DNA of 64,000 bases from NCBI GenBank assembly GCA_032718475.1, contig JAUCBJ010007522.1:62001-126000 (forward strand), written 5' to 3'. Made by a program: the position numbers and the translations under genes. Shown here in pieces: positions 1 through 10,700 of the stretch (within the stretch, counting starts at the first letter, position 1; each line of letters starts with the position of its first letter). This stretch comes from Nemertoderma westbladi (taxonomy: Eukaryota > Animalia > Xenacoelomorpha). The notes below the pieces were generated by a model. It saw nothing but the letters and a program-made list of their open reading frames with translations. It made no database searches and was not told the DNA's origin.

Positions 1-727
1 TATATTTCCCATATAATCTATTCATTAATTCAGTTTCATTAAATTTATTAACTTCAATAGGTGTCATTTGTATTGTTCTATGATACGACCTATTATAAGC
101 CGAGATAAGCTTAGGTAAAATTTTTATCCAAATATTATTTCCCCTTTGCGTGAAAATTTTGAACATCTTTGTTTTTAATGTTCTATTGAATCTCTCGACA
201 ATAGCCGCCTTATTCACAGAATACATTACGTAATACTGTATACCTAACGTATCTAAATATTTCCTTACAGATTTATTTAGAAACTCAGACCCTTGATCCG
301 TGGCGATTCTGTTTGGTTTTCCTTTCTGGAATATTTTTTGCAATATACTAATAATTTCATCACCCTTTTTTGTTTTCATAGCATAGCCAAAAGCAAGCCG
401 ACTGAAGGCATCAATGCATGTTAATATATAGTTATAATTATTATTTTGCGACTTATATTGCTGCATATCCACCAGATCTATCATATATATATCTTTTATG
501 CCTCCCGTAAATATTTTAGATGTTGGATAATGTTGTCTACGTGGAGCGTGAAGGGTGTATGTCTTTTGTCCGCTCAACCATTTCTGGGCTTACGTCGGTT
601 TGATGTTTGCAGCTTTTGCTAATTTTGCAACACTTGCAAATCCCGCGGGGGATGAAGGATCTAAATAAATTCTTAACAGTTTTTTGTCTAAGCTTCGGCT
701 TAAAATCGGTTTCATCTTGCGAGGCAT
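1..727 (-). pseudogene. Polinton retroviral-like (DDE) integrase with one in-frame stop; 3' end outside window
   Basis: Manual translation from ATG 727: MPRKMKPILSRSLDKKLLRIYLDPSSPAGFASVAKL...KPT*AQKWLSGQKTYTLHAPRR...MIDLVDM...LTCIDAFSR...IATDQGSEF...IVERFNRTLK. TAA at 590-592. Not captured by the ORF track. Confidence 0.9.
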
Positions 728-951
728 CTTTTCGACAACCACAAGTAATATGTATATTCAAATCTCTTATAAAGGGCATCACCGTAAGAACAACACTGAA
801 ATTTTTTAATTATTTTCTTCGAAGTTGATGTTTTAAAGGGTTTTCTTTTTGTAGTATTTACTCTAGGTATATCTTGTGGTTTTAAATCAGTAGCTAACGG
901 TTTACTCGATACTAAATATAATTTTCTAAATGTTACTCCCATTTTAACCAT
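712..951 (-). CDS. Small basic hypothetical Polinton protein
   Basis: 79-aa ORF tightly packed between the pX-like gene and the integrase; no recognisable motif. Confidence 0.35.
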   Translation of the reverse strand: MVKMGVTFRKLYLVSSKPLATDLKPQDIPRVNTTKRKPFKTSTSKKIIKKFQCCSYGDALYKRFEYTYYLWLSKRCLAR

Positions 952-957
952 TATTAC

Positions 958-1341
958 CTACCGTCCACGGTTAATTTTTTTCGCAATAGCAGCCCCAGCG
1001 GCAGCGGCACCGGCACTCGCGGCTAGTTTCGCACCAATGCCGAGTAAGGGTATTAGAAACGGTAGTATGCCTCCAGATTGATTGCTTAACTTTTTTCTGT
1101 AACTTGATATATTTTTTGTCTTACGGTTGAGTGATTTCAATACCTTCTTATAGCGGCGAATATTTCTAAATGAATGAGGGGTCAATTGTACATTACCTAT
1201 TAGAACATTTAATGCAGTATTTACAATGAGCCGTATTAATTCGTTACTGGCGGTATGGTTAATAAAATAAGTTCTTTGTTGAGGGGTAGCGCTGCGTAGA
1301 AATTCCAGCTCGTTACGATATTTCTGCACAAGTCTATTCAT
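958..1341 (-). CDS. Adenovirus pX/mu-like basic core protein of Polinton
   Basis: Arg/Lys-rich region followed by QSGG-ILPFLIPLLGIGA, resembling the adenovirus pX motif GGILPLLIPLIAAAIGA and its adenain cleavage site. Confidence 0.7.
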   Translation of the reverse strand: MNRLVQKYRNELEFLRSATPQQRTYFINHTASNELIRLIVNTALNVLIGNVQLTPHSFRNIRRYKKVLKSLNRKTKNISSYRKKLSNQSGGILPFLIPLLGIGAKLAASAGAAAAGAAIAKKINRGR

Positions 1342-1378
1342 TGTTGCAACATTATTGAATATTGTTACAAAATATTAA

Positions 1379-2062
1379 TTATTTATCATTATTATTATTA
1401 TTATTATTTTCGCTACGTTTATAGTCAGTGTAATTTTTAATGTAACAATTATGATTACGAAATATATCAGATCTAAATCTTAAATGTTCGGGTGTTTCCT
1501 GTCGTAAATCAATTAAGAAATGTGAAAATGGCTCAATTGTCGCATCTTGATAGGAATCAACTAAAAATTTGGTCTGCCCTGGTAACATCTGCTTCGCGAA
1601 ATTTAAAACCGATAGACTGTCTCTCGGATTTTTCATTAATACTAAAGTATGGCTATTAATTGATCTTGTGCGGTTATGCTTCCCACCGTAAAACATGTTT
1701 TGCGTTATAAAACAAATAAATATATTGGAATGATGTGCTACCTTAGTAAACAATACAGTTAATGCTGTACTGGACTCAGTTTCTGTTAACAAATCATCTA
1801 TAATTAATAAATCTCGACTATTGACTAATCTATCTATATTTTCAGGCAAACCTTTGTAAAGGTGAGTAATACCAGGAATAGTCGGGGGATTGCTCCCGTA
1901 ACAATACAATACTCGCAAAGGGGCTTCGTTGAAGCAGCCATTCTTGTGTTTAATTAAATTCCCCACAAAGGTTGACTTTCCGGAACCAGATGGCCCAGAA
2001 ATTATCATACTTGTTCCCATTTGAAAGTTTAAATTATATGGGCCTGAATTAAAGTCAGCCAT
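1379..2062 (-). CDS. Polinton DNA-packaging ATPase (A32/FtsK-HerA family)
   Basis: Walker A GPSGSGKS, Walker B LLIIDD, FITQN and RTRSINSH motifs; intact 227-aa ORF. Confidence 0.9.
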   Translation of the reverse strand: MADFNSGPYNLNFQMGTSMIISGPSGSGKSTFVGNLIKHKNGCFNEAPLRVLYCYGSNPPTIPGITHLYKGLPENIDRLVNSRDLLIIDDLLTETESSTALTVLFTKVAHHSNIFICFITQNMFYGGKHNRTRSINSHTLVLMKNPRDSLSVLNFAKQMLPGQTKFLVDSYQDATIEPFSHFLIDLRQETPEHLRFRSDIFRNHNCYIKNYTDYKRSENNNNNNNDK

Positions 2063-2272
2063 TTATTATTATTATTAAGATATATCAATAATACAATATA
2101 ATATAATATCAATATCAATAAACCAACACCATTACTATGTATATAACAATAATTGATGCAACTATAATTTTAGAGTACTGTATATTTAATTAACATATGA
2201 CACAACTACAGTATGTGACGCTCGCCGCAACAAAAGGTGCTATTTCCAATTATAGTATAGACAGATGTAATT

Positions 2273-2725
2273 TCAAGCATGGTGAGCATCTTTATACGCG
2301 AAATAATGATAGGTAACATCGGCGGTTTGGAAATCACTTCCCGAGAATTTCGCGCTTATGATTTTTTTATGTTCGCTGCTAAAAAAATAAGGAATATAGT
2401 AGCAACAGCGTCGTACTACGTTTCTATAAAAAATATTCTCCAATATTGTAAATAAATCTCCGGGATCATTACTTTTCGCAGAAATATAAGTTATATTGCG
2501 AAGCTCTTTCCAATAAAAGGGTTGGTATCTTGCCAACTTTATATTAAACTTAGATATGGGTGCGCGACAAATAGGACAAATTTTAGAACAATAATTATTC
2601 ATTTCGGAATATTGTACAATACATTGTACGCAAGTTGCATGTTTATTTTCACATTTATAATAATCTCGATGTTTTTGCAATAACTTAGAATAGCAAACTG
2701 GGCATTTTTCATTTAAAATATCCAT
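2273..2725 (-). CDS. RING-finger (C3HC4-like) accessory protein of the Polinton
   Basis: CPVC...CENKHATCVQC...CPICR pattern in an intact 150-aa ORF. Confidence 0.75.
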   Translation of the reverse strand: MDILNEKCPVCYSKLLQKHRDYYKCENKHATCVQCIVQYSEMNNYCSKICPICRAPISKFNIKLARYQPFYWKELRNITYISAKSNDPGDLFTILENIFYRNVVRRCCYYIPYFFSSEHKKIISAKFSGSDFQTADVTYHYFAYKDAHHA

Positions 2726-2896
2726 TTTCCAAATTTTAAAGTAAATTGAAAATAATTACCACAATACACAACAACAACAACAACAACAAACAAAACTGTT
2801 ATACTGTATATACAAATACTACTACAATTTTCGATTATTTAAAAACAACAAAATTTTATATATAATCATAAAATATTTATAATATAGAGGGAAAAG

Positions 2897-3343
2897 TCAA
2901 GAATCAATGATATTATCAACATATTCAACATTATCCGCTGATTCTTCAGGTTCGATAAAGGATTCTTTTGAAATCATTACAATAAAGAAAGACATAATTT
3001 CGTAGGGGCTATGCCGATTTAGCCGTATTTCAAACTTTTCACCAGCTTCGTTGTATTGTGTAATAACAATAAATCCCTCTATCAAGGATAATAGTAAAAT
3101 GTTGCTTAATTTTCCTCCCCCATGCTCAGCTTTCAGGTTGTAATCTAAAAGATGAATACTATTATCAGAAGCATCAATATCAATTGAGCTTAAAACTTTC
3201 CTGGCTTTTTCAGAAAATTCAATTTTATATTTATCATCTCCCTGACGGTAAATTGTATAATCAATAACAATATAGGCTTGACCATCTTCTGCAAAAAATG
3301 AATGCCTTACCATTGGCATAACCATATTGGAATCAGAAGACAT
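2897..3343 (-). CDS. Hypothetical acidic Polinton protein
   Basis: Intact 148-aa ORF co-oriented with the other Polinton genes; AT-rich ATAATG start context; no motif recognised. Confidence 0.55.
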   Translation of the reverse strand: MSSDSNMVMPMVRHSFFAEDGQAYIVIDYTIYRQGDDKYKIEFSEKARKVLSSIDIDASDNSIHLLDYNLKAEHGGGKLSNILLLSLIEGFIVITQYNEAGEKFEIRLNRHSPYEIMSFFIVMISKESFIEPEESADNVEYVDNIIDS

Positions 3344-3479
3344 TATTTAATTTATTTTATTGTAAATCAAACAAACAAAGTAAAAACTTTTAAACTAAAA
3401 CCATTACAAATGATTAATTGCGATTAAAGCAAGAGATTATATATATAAGATATTTTCAAAAATAATACAGGTCTTAAAC

Positions 3480-4245
3480 TGAGAAATAGCCTAAATTCGG
3501 TTTATTGATTGGTTGATTAGCTGGTGGGTAACTACTGTATAAACAAAAAAATTATTGCGTAATAATCACTAATGCTCGTATACGCGTAGCTGGAACCTGA
3601 CGGAATCTCATGTATCATACTGCTTGGTTTGTTGATTTGGCGACAGCAGTCGTGGAGTTGGCAATCAATATAATATAATATATGCATGATGCGTGTAGTT
3701 GGTGGCCACGTTGTCAGCATATACAGTATACAGTGGTTGGTTGCGTGGATAGGAAATAACTATGGAAATATTCGTATACGTGTAGCTAGAACGTGGCGGA
3801 ATTTCAACACGTATCATAATAGCGTTGGGGTAGGCAGGCCGCTTGGTTGGTTGGATTGATTGATTTGGCGACAGCAGTCGAAGAGTAGCGGTGCGTGGCT
3901 AGCGGTGAGTTGGCAATCGATTCGATATAATAGCGTAGTGGGGGCTAGCCATGCGATGAGAAGTTAGGTTACGCGAAGATGAATATGCGATGGTTGGTTG
4001 ATGCAACAACGCGAATCAATACTCGCGGGTGGTAACAGTTGTCGAGTAAGGTAGGCATCGCGAGGTTAGGCTACGCGTAGGTGATAAGCAACGATTGGTT
4101 GAAGGCAACAATATTGATGGTGACAGATGGTCATTAAACACCGCGATTTAGCACCGGAATTTGGCATTTTTTAATTGCCTCCGAGATGCGAGCCGTAGCC
4201 CAAGCTAGGGAGGAGATATGGAGGAACTATGCTTCTCCTACTACT
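3480..4245. repeat. Putative Polinton terminal inverted repeat region with internal imperfect direct repeats
   Basis: Non-coding and more GC-rich than the genes. Duplicated blocks (TCGTATACG.GTAGCT.GAAC; TTGATTTGGCGACAGCAGTCG; GTTAGG.TACGCG) and many TTGGTTG motifs; ends in ACTACT. The partner TIR is outside the window. Confidence 0.55.
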
Positions 4246-4251
4246 CACGTC

Positions 4252-6306
4252 TCAAAAACACAACAACAAAAAAAACCCTTGCAGATGGAATGTGTAGAAC
4301 TTAACGAGTCTCTTATAAAGGAATCGACGAGCAATGATAATGATGATAAACAGGTGGGACAGGTTTCTGAAGGAGCAGGACCTACCTTCCCTCCCTCACG
4401 AGAGGGGTTGGAGGATCTAATGCCCTCAGAAACTGTCGAAGAATAACCGCTAAAGATAACAAATTAATAGTTAGTGGATGCTCTACAAATGATAAATAAT
4501 GTGAGTAAAGAGCCGATCAACGAGGAGAAGACACCAACTCGACATGTAACACCCAAACCACGTCGATCCACGTGCTGGAATCTCAGCATGAGAATGGATT
4601 CTGAGGACTCCAGCATCGAGTTTGATACTCCTCCTCAAAAAGTTGATCCAGAACTAGAAAACTAACTTCAAAGTGTTATCTGAAACTGTTAAAAACTTAA
4701 CACAAAACCTAAAGACTCCATGCCAAGAAACAAAGGCGAAAGAACAGATCACTCAGTCAATGTCAGACCTCGTAACGCGACCCCATCAGACGAATTGCCT
4801 TGTGTCTCATCAATGTACAAAGTCAAAGACAACTCACATTACAAAGCGTATTATAATGATGGAAGCAAGTCGCCAATGAACCATCCTCACACAAGAGCCC
4901 CATTGTCATGTCATCCCCAAGACATCCGATTATACCACCTTACACCCGGTAGAGCGTGTCCTGAGGTGCCACCAAGCGAACCGGACGACCCGTTTAATGG
5001 TGATAATGATGACAAACCCCCGAGGAAACGGAAAGACAAGGTCCCCAAGAAAAAATGGGGAAATGACAAACCTAAAAAGAAGCCGCCTCCATAACAACGT
5101 CGGAAACAGCAAACTGATCCGTCGTCAGATACAAGTGATTCCTCATCATGATCCTCCAGATCGGATTCCAGCGATTAAACGTCCTCAAGATCCCCTGATA
5201 AACATCAAAGACGCAAATAATGAGATAACGATATTATAAACTCCAAATGGATGATATCTTAGCAACATCCCTAGAAGGACCAAGACTGGAACCAACAAAA
5301 TTCAGTGGAAACCCAGCGGAATTATCGTTTTATTATACGTCATATTATTATTATCATACTATTATACATTTATTATATGTTATTATATCGTATTAACATT
5401 TTATTACCCAAGTGGATGGCAAAAACGTCCCCCTAACCACAAAGATGAGACTTCTGTTAACCTATCTATCTGGAAAAGTGTTACATAAGGTCAAACATTA
5501 TGAGGGAGTGGACGATGGATATCAACGTGCGTGGGACGGGTTGGAAAATAACTTTGGTAACCCATCAGCTGTGATGAAATCTGTAATATACAACGTCACC
5601 AAGTGTGGATTGCTGATTGTAACGGACTCAGATGTCAAAGAATATGCGGATGACATCAGACAACATGAGTAGAATCATTATGAATTTAGACTTCTCGGCT
5701 CAACAAAAATGGGTAAACAAGGTGCAACATTTCCATCTACGACATGGGACCAAACCTGGCATGTATGAGTTCGCTGAATGGATAAAAAAATACACTGATA
5801 GAGATAAAGATCCTTTGTTCGGCAACCTTGCGGCGAAGGAACTTCAATCCATCCAAATGGGAGAATCCTATGCTGGAATACGCCCCTCTATGGCTCAGAC
5901 AAAGACCATTCTCGCATTGCGGAAAGGTAAAGCAGAGAAATGAAACCATAAATATGCTGCATGACCTAAACCCATCCCAACGCTACACAGTCTAGCCATC
6001 CAATCACAAGAAGGAGGAGGAAATGTTTGCGAGAGTGGACATGTCACAGATAAAGAGGAAATCTACTCAAGTGATGATGATTTCTGGACAACTAATCCAC
6101 ATATTAATGCGTTTGCAACAACATGGTCCGCTAAACCAATAAAGATCTATCCAAGCGGACTAACACAACAATGTTGTGTATGCAGCGGGAAACATCGTGT
6201 GAAACAGTGTCCAAAATTCCTAAGTCTCTCATATAAGGAGAACTATGATACATGCTTCCATCTACGACTCTGCTTAGTCTGTCAAGGTTTCGGACATTTC
6301 CGCAAA
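4252..6306 (+). pseudogene. Decayed BEL/Pao gag fragment (BEL-0)
   Basis: Broken frames encode RLEPTKFSGNP, KMRLLLTYLSG...AWDGLENNFGNP (DUF1759-type gag) and zinc knuckles CVCSGKHRVKQC and CLVCQGFGH. Confidence 0.7.
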
Positions 6307-6317
6307 CACTATATATA

Positions 6318-6594
6318 GGTTCCACCTTGGTGTAGTGGTTGCATTGAATACACATCTCCCGTAGGTCCTGGGTTCGATCCTCACATGGGCCAGGGCAGTT
6401 TTCGTTTCGGCACGAATGCTTTAAAGGGACCAGCCAGGGCGCATCTCTGCTTTGCATCCTTAAGTGGTAGCTAAATGAGTACTGGAGTTTCCTCTGGGGA
6501 GTAAAGTTCTGGGGGGACCGCACTGGAAATAAGTCGTCAGACTTTGTGCGTAATCCCTGGCCTAGTGGCCGAAGAAAATTTACTTTTTTTTACT
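6318..6594 (+). mobile_element. tRNA-derived SINE with a Meta/Sauria-like central domain
   Basis: A-box TGGTGTAGTGG (6328) and B-box GGTTCGATCC (6371). Central CTGCTTTGCATCCTTAAGTGGTAGCTAAATGAGTACTGG resembles the Meta-SINE core. T-rich tail. Confidence 0.65.
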
Positions 6595-6762
6595 AAACTT
6601 TTCACTATAAATCATTGGAGAAATATCGGTGTTCTAAAACCACCAAGGAGGGCATGTGCCAGTAAAATTAGATTGTTCCTGAGATGGGGAATGTTTTTTT
6701 ATCTATTTATTTATCGCAATTATTTTTCAATAAAATTGCTTTTAAACTAGAAAAATCATCAC

Positions 6763-7069
6763 CCTTTATTAGTGGATGAAAAAGCCACTATTGATGTCGA
6801 TATCCCTAATAATACAATAAACAATATTAAAGCATCTGTTTGACTCCAACCTAATGCGAAACAGCTGATTAAAATGAGAAGCCGCCATATGTACCCCAGT
6901 GAATCCTGGTATAATTCTCTTGACAAAGATGGTTCTTTCTGAGCTAAAATGTAAACGGTACGAAGTAGAAACGTTAATAATGCTGTCCAGCACATCCTCC
7001 ATGTATATGACCAATCACAATGATCTCCAACACTTTTAATTTCACATTCGCAAAACACCTGCCCAATGG
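6763..7069 (-). CDS. Possible isolated exon encoding about three hydrophobic helices (unknown membrane protein)
   Basis: Open frame WTALLTFLLRTVYIL...IWRLLILISCFALGW...ALILFIVLLGISTSIVAF, preceded by a TTTAG acceptor-like site and followed by a weak GT donor. Confidence 0.3.
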
Positions 7070-7406
7070 CTAAATACATAATATCAAGAAAATATATATG
7101 TATATATCGAAAATAATTTTGCATATATGTACAAGAAAATATATATGTATATATCGAAAATAATTTTGCATATATGTAATATTTGCAATGCGAAAATGTT
7201 ATACAATTGATAGCATAATATTGATACAATAACACAAACATTACAGTATATACTGTAAATACAATATATGATGAATTATTTCACTATAAGTTAGCATTTG
7301 TAGTTTAACTTTAATGTAAAAACTTTCGAAAATCCGACGCATTTTGATTAAGTTACAGTAATGTAATATGCCTATTCATATTTGTACACATAAAACCCCT
7401 AGTTAC

Positions 7407-7483
7407 TCTCGTGGCGTAGTGGTCAGATGGTTAAGGCGTTGGTTGCATTACAGATAGGTTACGAGTTCGAATCCCAGTCGAGA
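7407..7483 (+). other. tRNA-like (Pol III promoter) sequence, probably a SINE head or part of an LTR
   Basis: A-box TGGCGTAGTGG, B-box GAGTTCGAATCCC, TCTCG/CGAGA acceptor-like pairing; no canonical anticodon arm. Confidence 0.5.
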
Positions 7484-7519
7484 AATTGGGGCAATTTATT
7501 TTCATTTCATACAAATTGA

Positions 7520-7700
7520 TAAACCAATGAGGTGCGTACAACAAGTGGAACGATGAGTTGGGCCAATCATAGGGCGTGGAACATCTTATTGCTCCAATGT
7601 GAGGCCATGGAATACTCTGGAAGGTTCTAGTGGATTCTATGTCCCAGATTTAGTATATAAAGGCTGGTTTGCCTTCGGTTATCATCACAATTATCACTTG
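7520..7700 (+). promoter_or_regulatory. LTR-like Pol II promoter, likely the 5' LTR of BEL-1
   Basis: CCAAT at 7524, 7563 and 7594, GGGCGTGG box, TATATAAA at 7654, upstream of a long leader and gag. No matching 3' LTR was found. Confidence 0.5.
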
Positions 7701-10700
7701 CTTTACTAGTTATCCTTTATTTGTTTCTTGTTGAAACTATTTTGTAAATCTGTTTGATAATCTTGTAAACTGTAATTATACTAAAAAACTTCTGAACATG
7801 CCTTTTTCTGAACGTCCAACTTTGGGACAGCCAAGCATCAGGAAGATGGCCGCCTAGACCGTTAGGCCGTCAGCAACGCAGGGAAAGGATGTCCACAACA
7901 CGCTAAGCGCCCACATTTAGATTAGACCGCGCACCCCCTTCGCCCTACGAAATACTCCACCTTGCCATGCAGCGCCCAACTTCCGAGGAAGGTAAGACTT
8001 TGTTCGACGCCCTTGCCCGATGTAAGACCTATAGATCAGGGTAAGCGTGACGCCGTCCTGGGACGCCGCAAAATTTAGGATCAAATAATTATATTTTAGG
8101 CAGAAACCCCCTTAGTACTACAAATCCCCGGGTTAACCTGTATATCTCACAGGTAGTGCGAGCTATTGCCGTTCGTCAGTACGCAAGTACATATTAGGTA
8201 CGGACAGCATACGTTCCATAATTTAGTGATTTGTAGTACTGACTGTTTGGTACCGGTTTGCTTTGTAGAATATACATTAGTACCCCCACCCCCCCCTGCC
8301 TGAAGTTAGTTATTTGATCAGGCAAGGAGTATTTCTGCTACCGGCACACCGCTTGGCCTAGGGAGGTTTTATTAATATCCTACCGCGCCTTGCCACGTAC
8401 TGATAGGTATTTGCTGCTAACTACCGCAGCAACAAAGTTCTAGAATCAAATTTGTATACCAGATCAGCTAACGTACGGTAGCAATTAATCCCTATTTCTT
8501 ATCTACAACCAGAATCTGGTATTAGTGCTGATCACGGGTGTAGTTACTAACACCGTGGTTGCCCAGTTGAGTTTTGGATAGGAAGGAGAGAGCTTTGACG
8601 TCATTTGTAAGTATAAAGTTCTACAAAACGCGACTAGCTTATTTTAGTAGCTAGCGCACGGTATCGCTTCAGTCAGAAAATTACTAAAACCTAGTGAAAA
8701 GATATACACCAAAATTGTTTTATTGTAACGCACCCACACACACACGCCCTAAAACACATTTACCCTTAGAGTTCTACTAGTTATAGCGCATTTTAGATTA
8801 CTTTTGGGCAGAATTCATCTGTAATTTACTATTCGTATTTGTAGAATTAGGATCTGATATTTAGTTACGGCAAGAAAGGGAGTATTTCATTTTTCGTTAT
8901 TAAACTGTTGTTTTTCTGCACAGCAGTATTGTTACATTAGGCACGACCCCCTTTAGACTGATTTAGGACTGAATCAGTATTGTTACGCTAGGGCCGTAAT
9001 CCACCTAGCTCGTATATAAACCATATAAATCACACCGCGGCAAGTTACGGTATTTAGGACTGTTAGCGATAGTTAGGATTCGCTGCGCGGGGATTGTTTT
9101 CCCGTGAGTTTGGTCTGTTACTGTAACTGTACATCTGCCATACCGGTTAGAGGACAGGTATCCTTTTGTCTAGTTCGTAGGCATTAGACCCGCTCACGTA
9201 CATAGAATAGACACCAGGCTCTGCTCCTCGCCAGTAGTAGTTTGTGTATTGTATCTGTTTGTTTAGATATCCTGGACTGGGATTTGTTGTCAGATACTGT
9301 ACGAGCCCGTTTCATTACTAGAGTCTTACAGTAAGATACATCGTTACTAGGATCTGGTAAGCGGTATACTACTGGACTTTACGGTTAGAGATATTCTATA
9401 GCTTCGTATTAGTAGATTTGTAGGCCGTAGAGTAGTCCCTACCGTAGAGGATACAACAGTGAGGTATATTTAATTAAATATCTTAACTGAAAGTGCGTGC
9501 GCATTTTAAGGTGAGATATATAAATATATTGTTAGCTATTGTAAGTAGGAGATATTTAAAAAATTTAAGGTTAGTAAATTAGTAATTTGTAGAACGTCCC
9601 CTGCTTCAGTAGGCTTTTAGGGTAGCTAGTAGTTTCGTATTTAATATTTGACTAGCTAATAGTTAGTTTATAGCATTTGTTTTACGCCGTGTGTGTGCGG
9701 TGTTACTTTTCGGTACTTGAAAAGGTACATAGGGTTTAAAGACCAAGTTGTATCGGTACCTAGGAAGATTTTTCGTAGAGTAGAAGTAAAACTCTCACCT
9801 TCGACTTTTCAGGACTCAAGGACTCATTTCTGGACCACTTCGAGGATTAGACCGCTTTTCGCAAAGTTTGGGAGACAAAAAATTCGTCCGCGCCGCCGAA
9901 AAACGGAACAACCCACGTCCAGTTTGTATTTGGGAATTTGTACGACTGGAAGATCAAAGGAGCGTAAGCTTTACGACTCGTGTCGTTCAAACTTAAGAAA
10001 GCACAGTAGTACTCAAAATTTGTGGGTTTCACTGTCTAATTAGTAGTGTTGTTGGTACTTATTTTCCCATTAGACGTTGCTGTTTTGCCTATTATTTGTA
10101 CTTGTTGATCTACATTTTGGTAACGTATACCGTTATCTCACGTATTCGTACAAATTTAGCCGGTAGGCTAGATTATTACTTATTTTATTATATACTTTGT
10201 TAGTTCTATTTGTATCGGTTAGGGTATATATATGATATATATATATATCAAGGTAAGTTTGACATTTCGACATTTCGACATTTTGACATTTCGACATTCT
10301 GACTTTGTTGATTTATTTGTACCGGTTAGGGTATATATATGCTATATATATACCAAGGTAAGTTTGACATTTCGACATTTCGATACTTTGACATTTTATT
10401 ACCCGTACTTGACGTATATAATAAGACATGAGTGACACACCCCATTCGACTTGATACCCACCTACCGACTATGACTCGTGCGACCCGGACAGATCGACAG
10501 TAGACGAACCGAGAAGGAGAACCCGAGATTCTACCGATGTCTCACCACGTGCGTCGCCGGTACCCCGAACAGAAATACCGGAAGCCGCAATGTGTGGCGA
10601 CGGCAGAATCGAAGATTTCCTTACCGTCCCGCAGGCTAGATCGCGGGAACCGGACATGGTAAGTTCGACTGGGAGCCAGGAGAACATTATTAGGAGTATA

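Larger units (their letters stand above)
1..4245 (-). mobile_element. Polinton/Maverick (adintovirus-like) element, terminal part; continues beyond window start
   Basis: Co-oriented intronless minus-strand genes: retroviral-like integrase, pX-like basic protein, A32/FtsK-like ATPase. Ends ...TTCTCCTACTACT at 4245, which reads AGTAGTAGGAGA on the minus strand, the typical Polinton terminus. Confidence 0.85.

Noticed and set aside
6318-6395. Functional tRNA genes here and at 7407-7483
   Set aside because: A/B boxes are present but the cloverleaf is incomplete; better explained as SINE-type heads.
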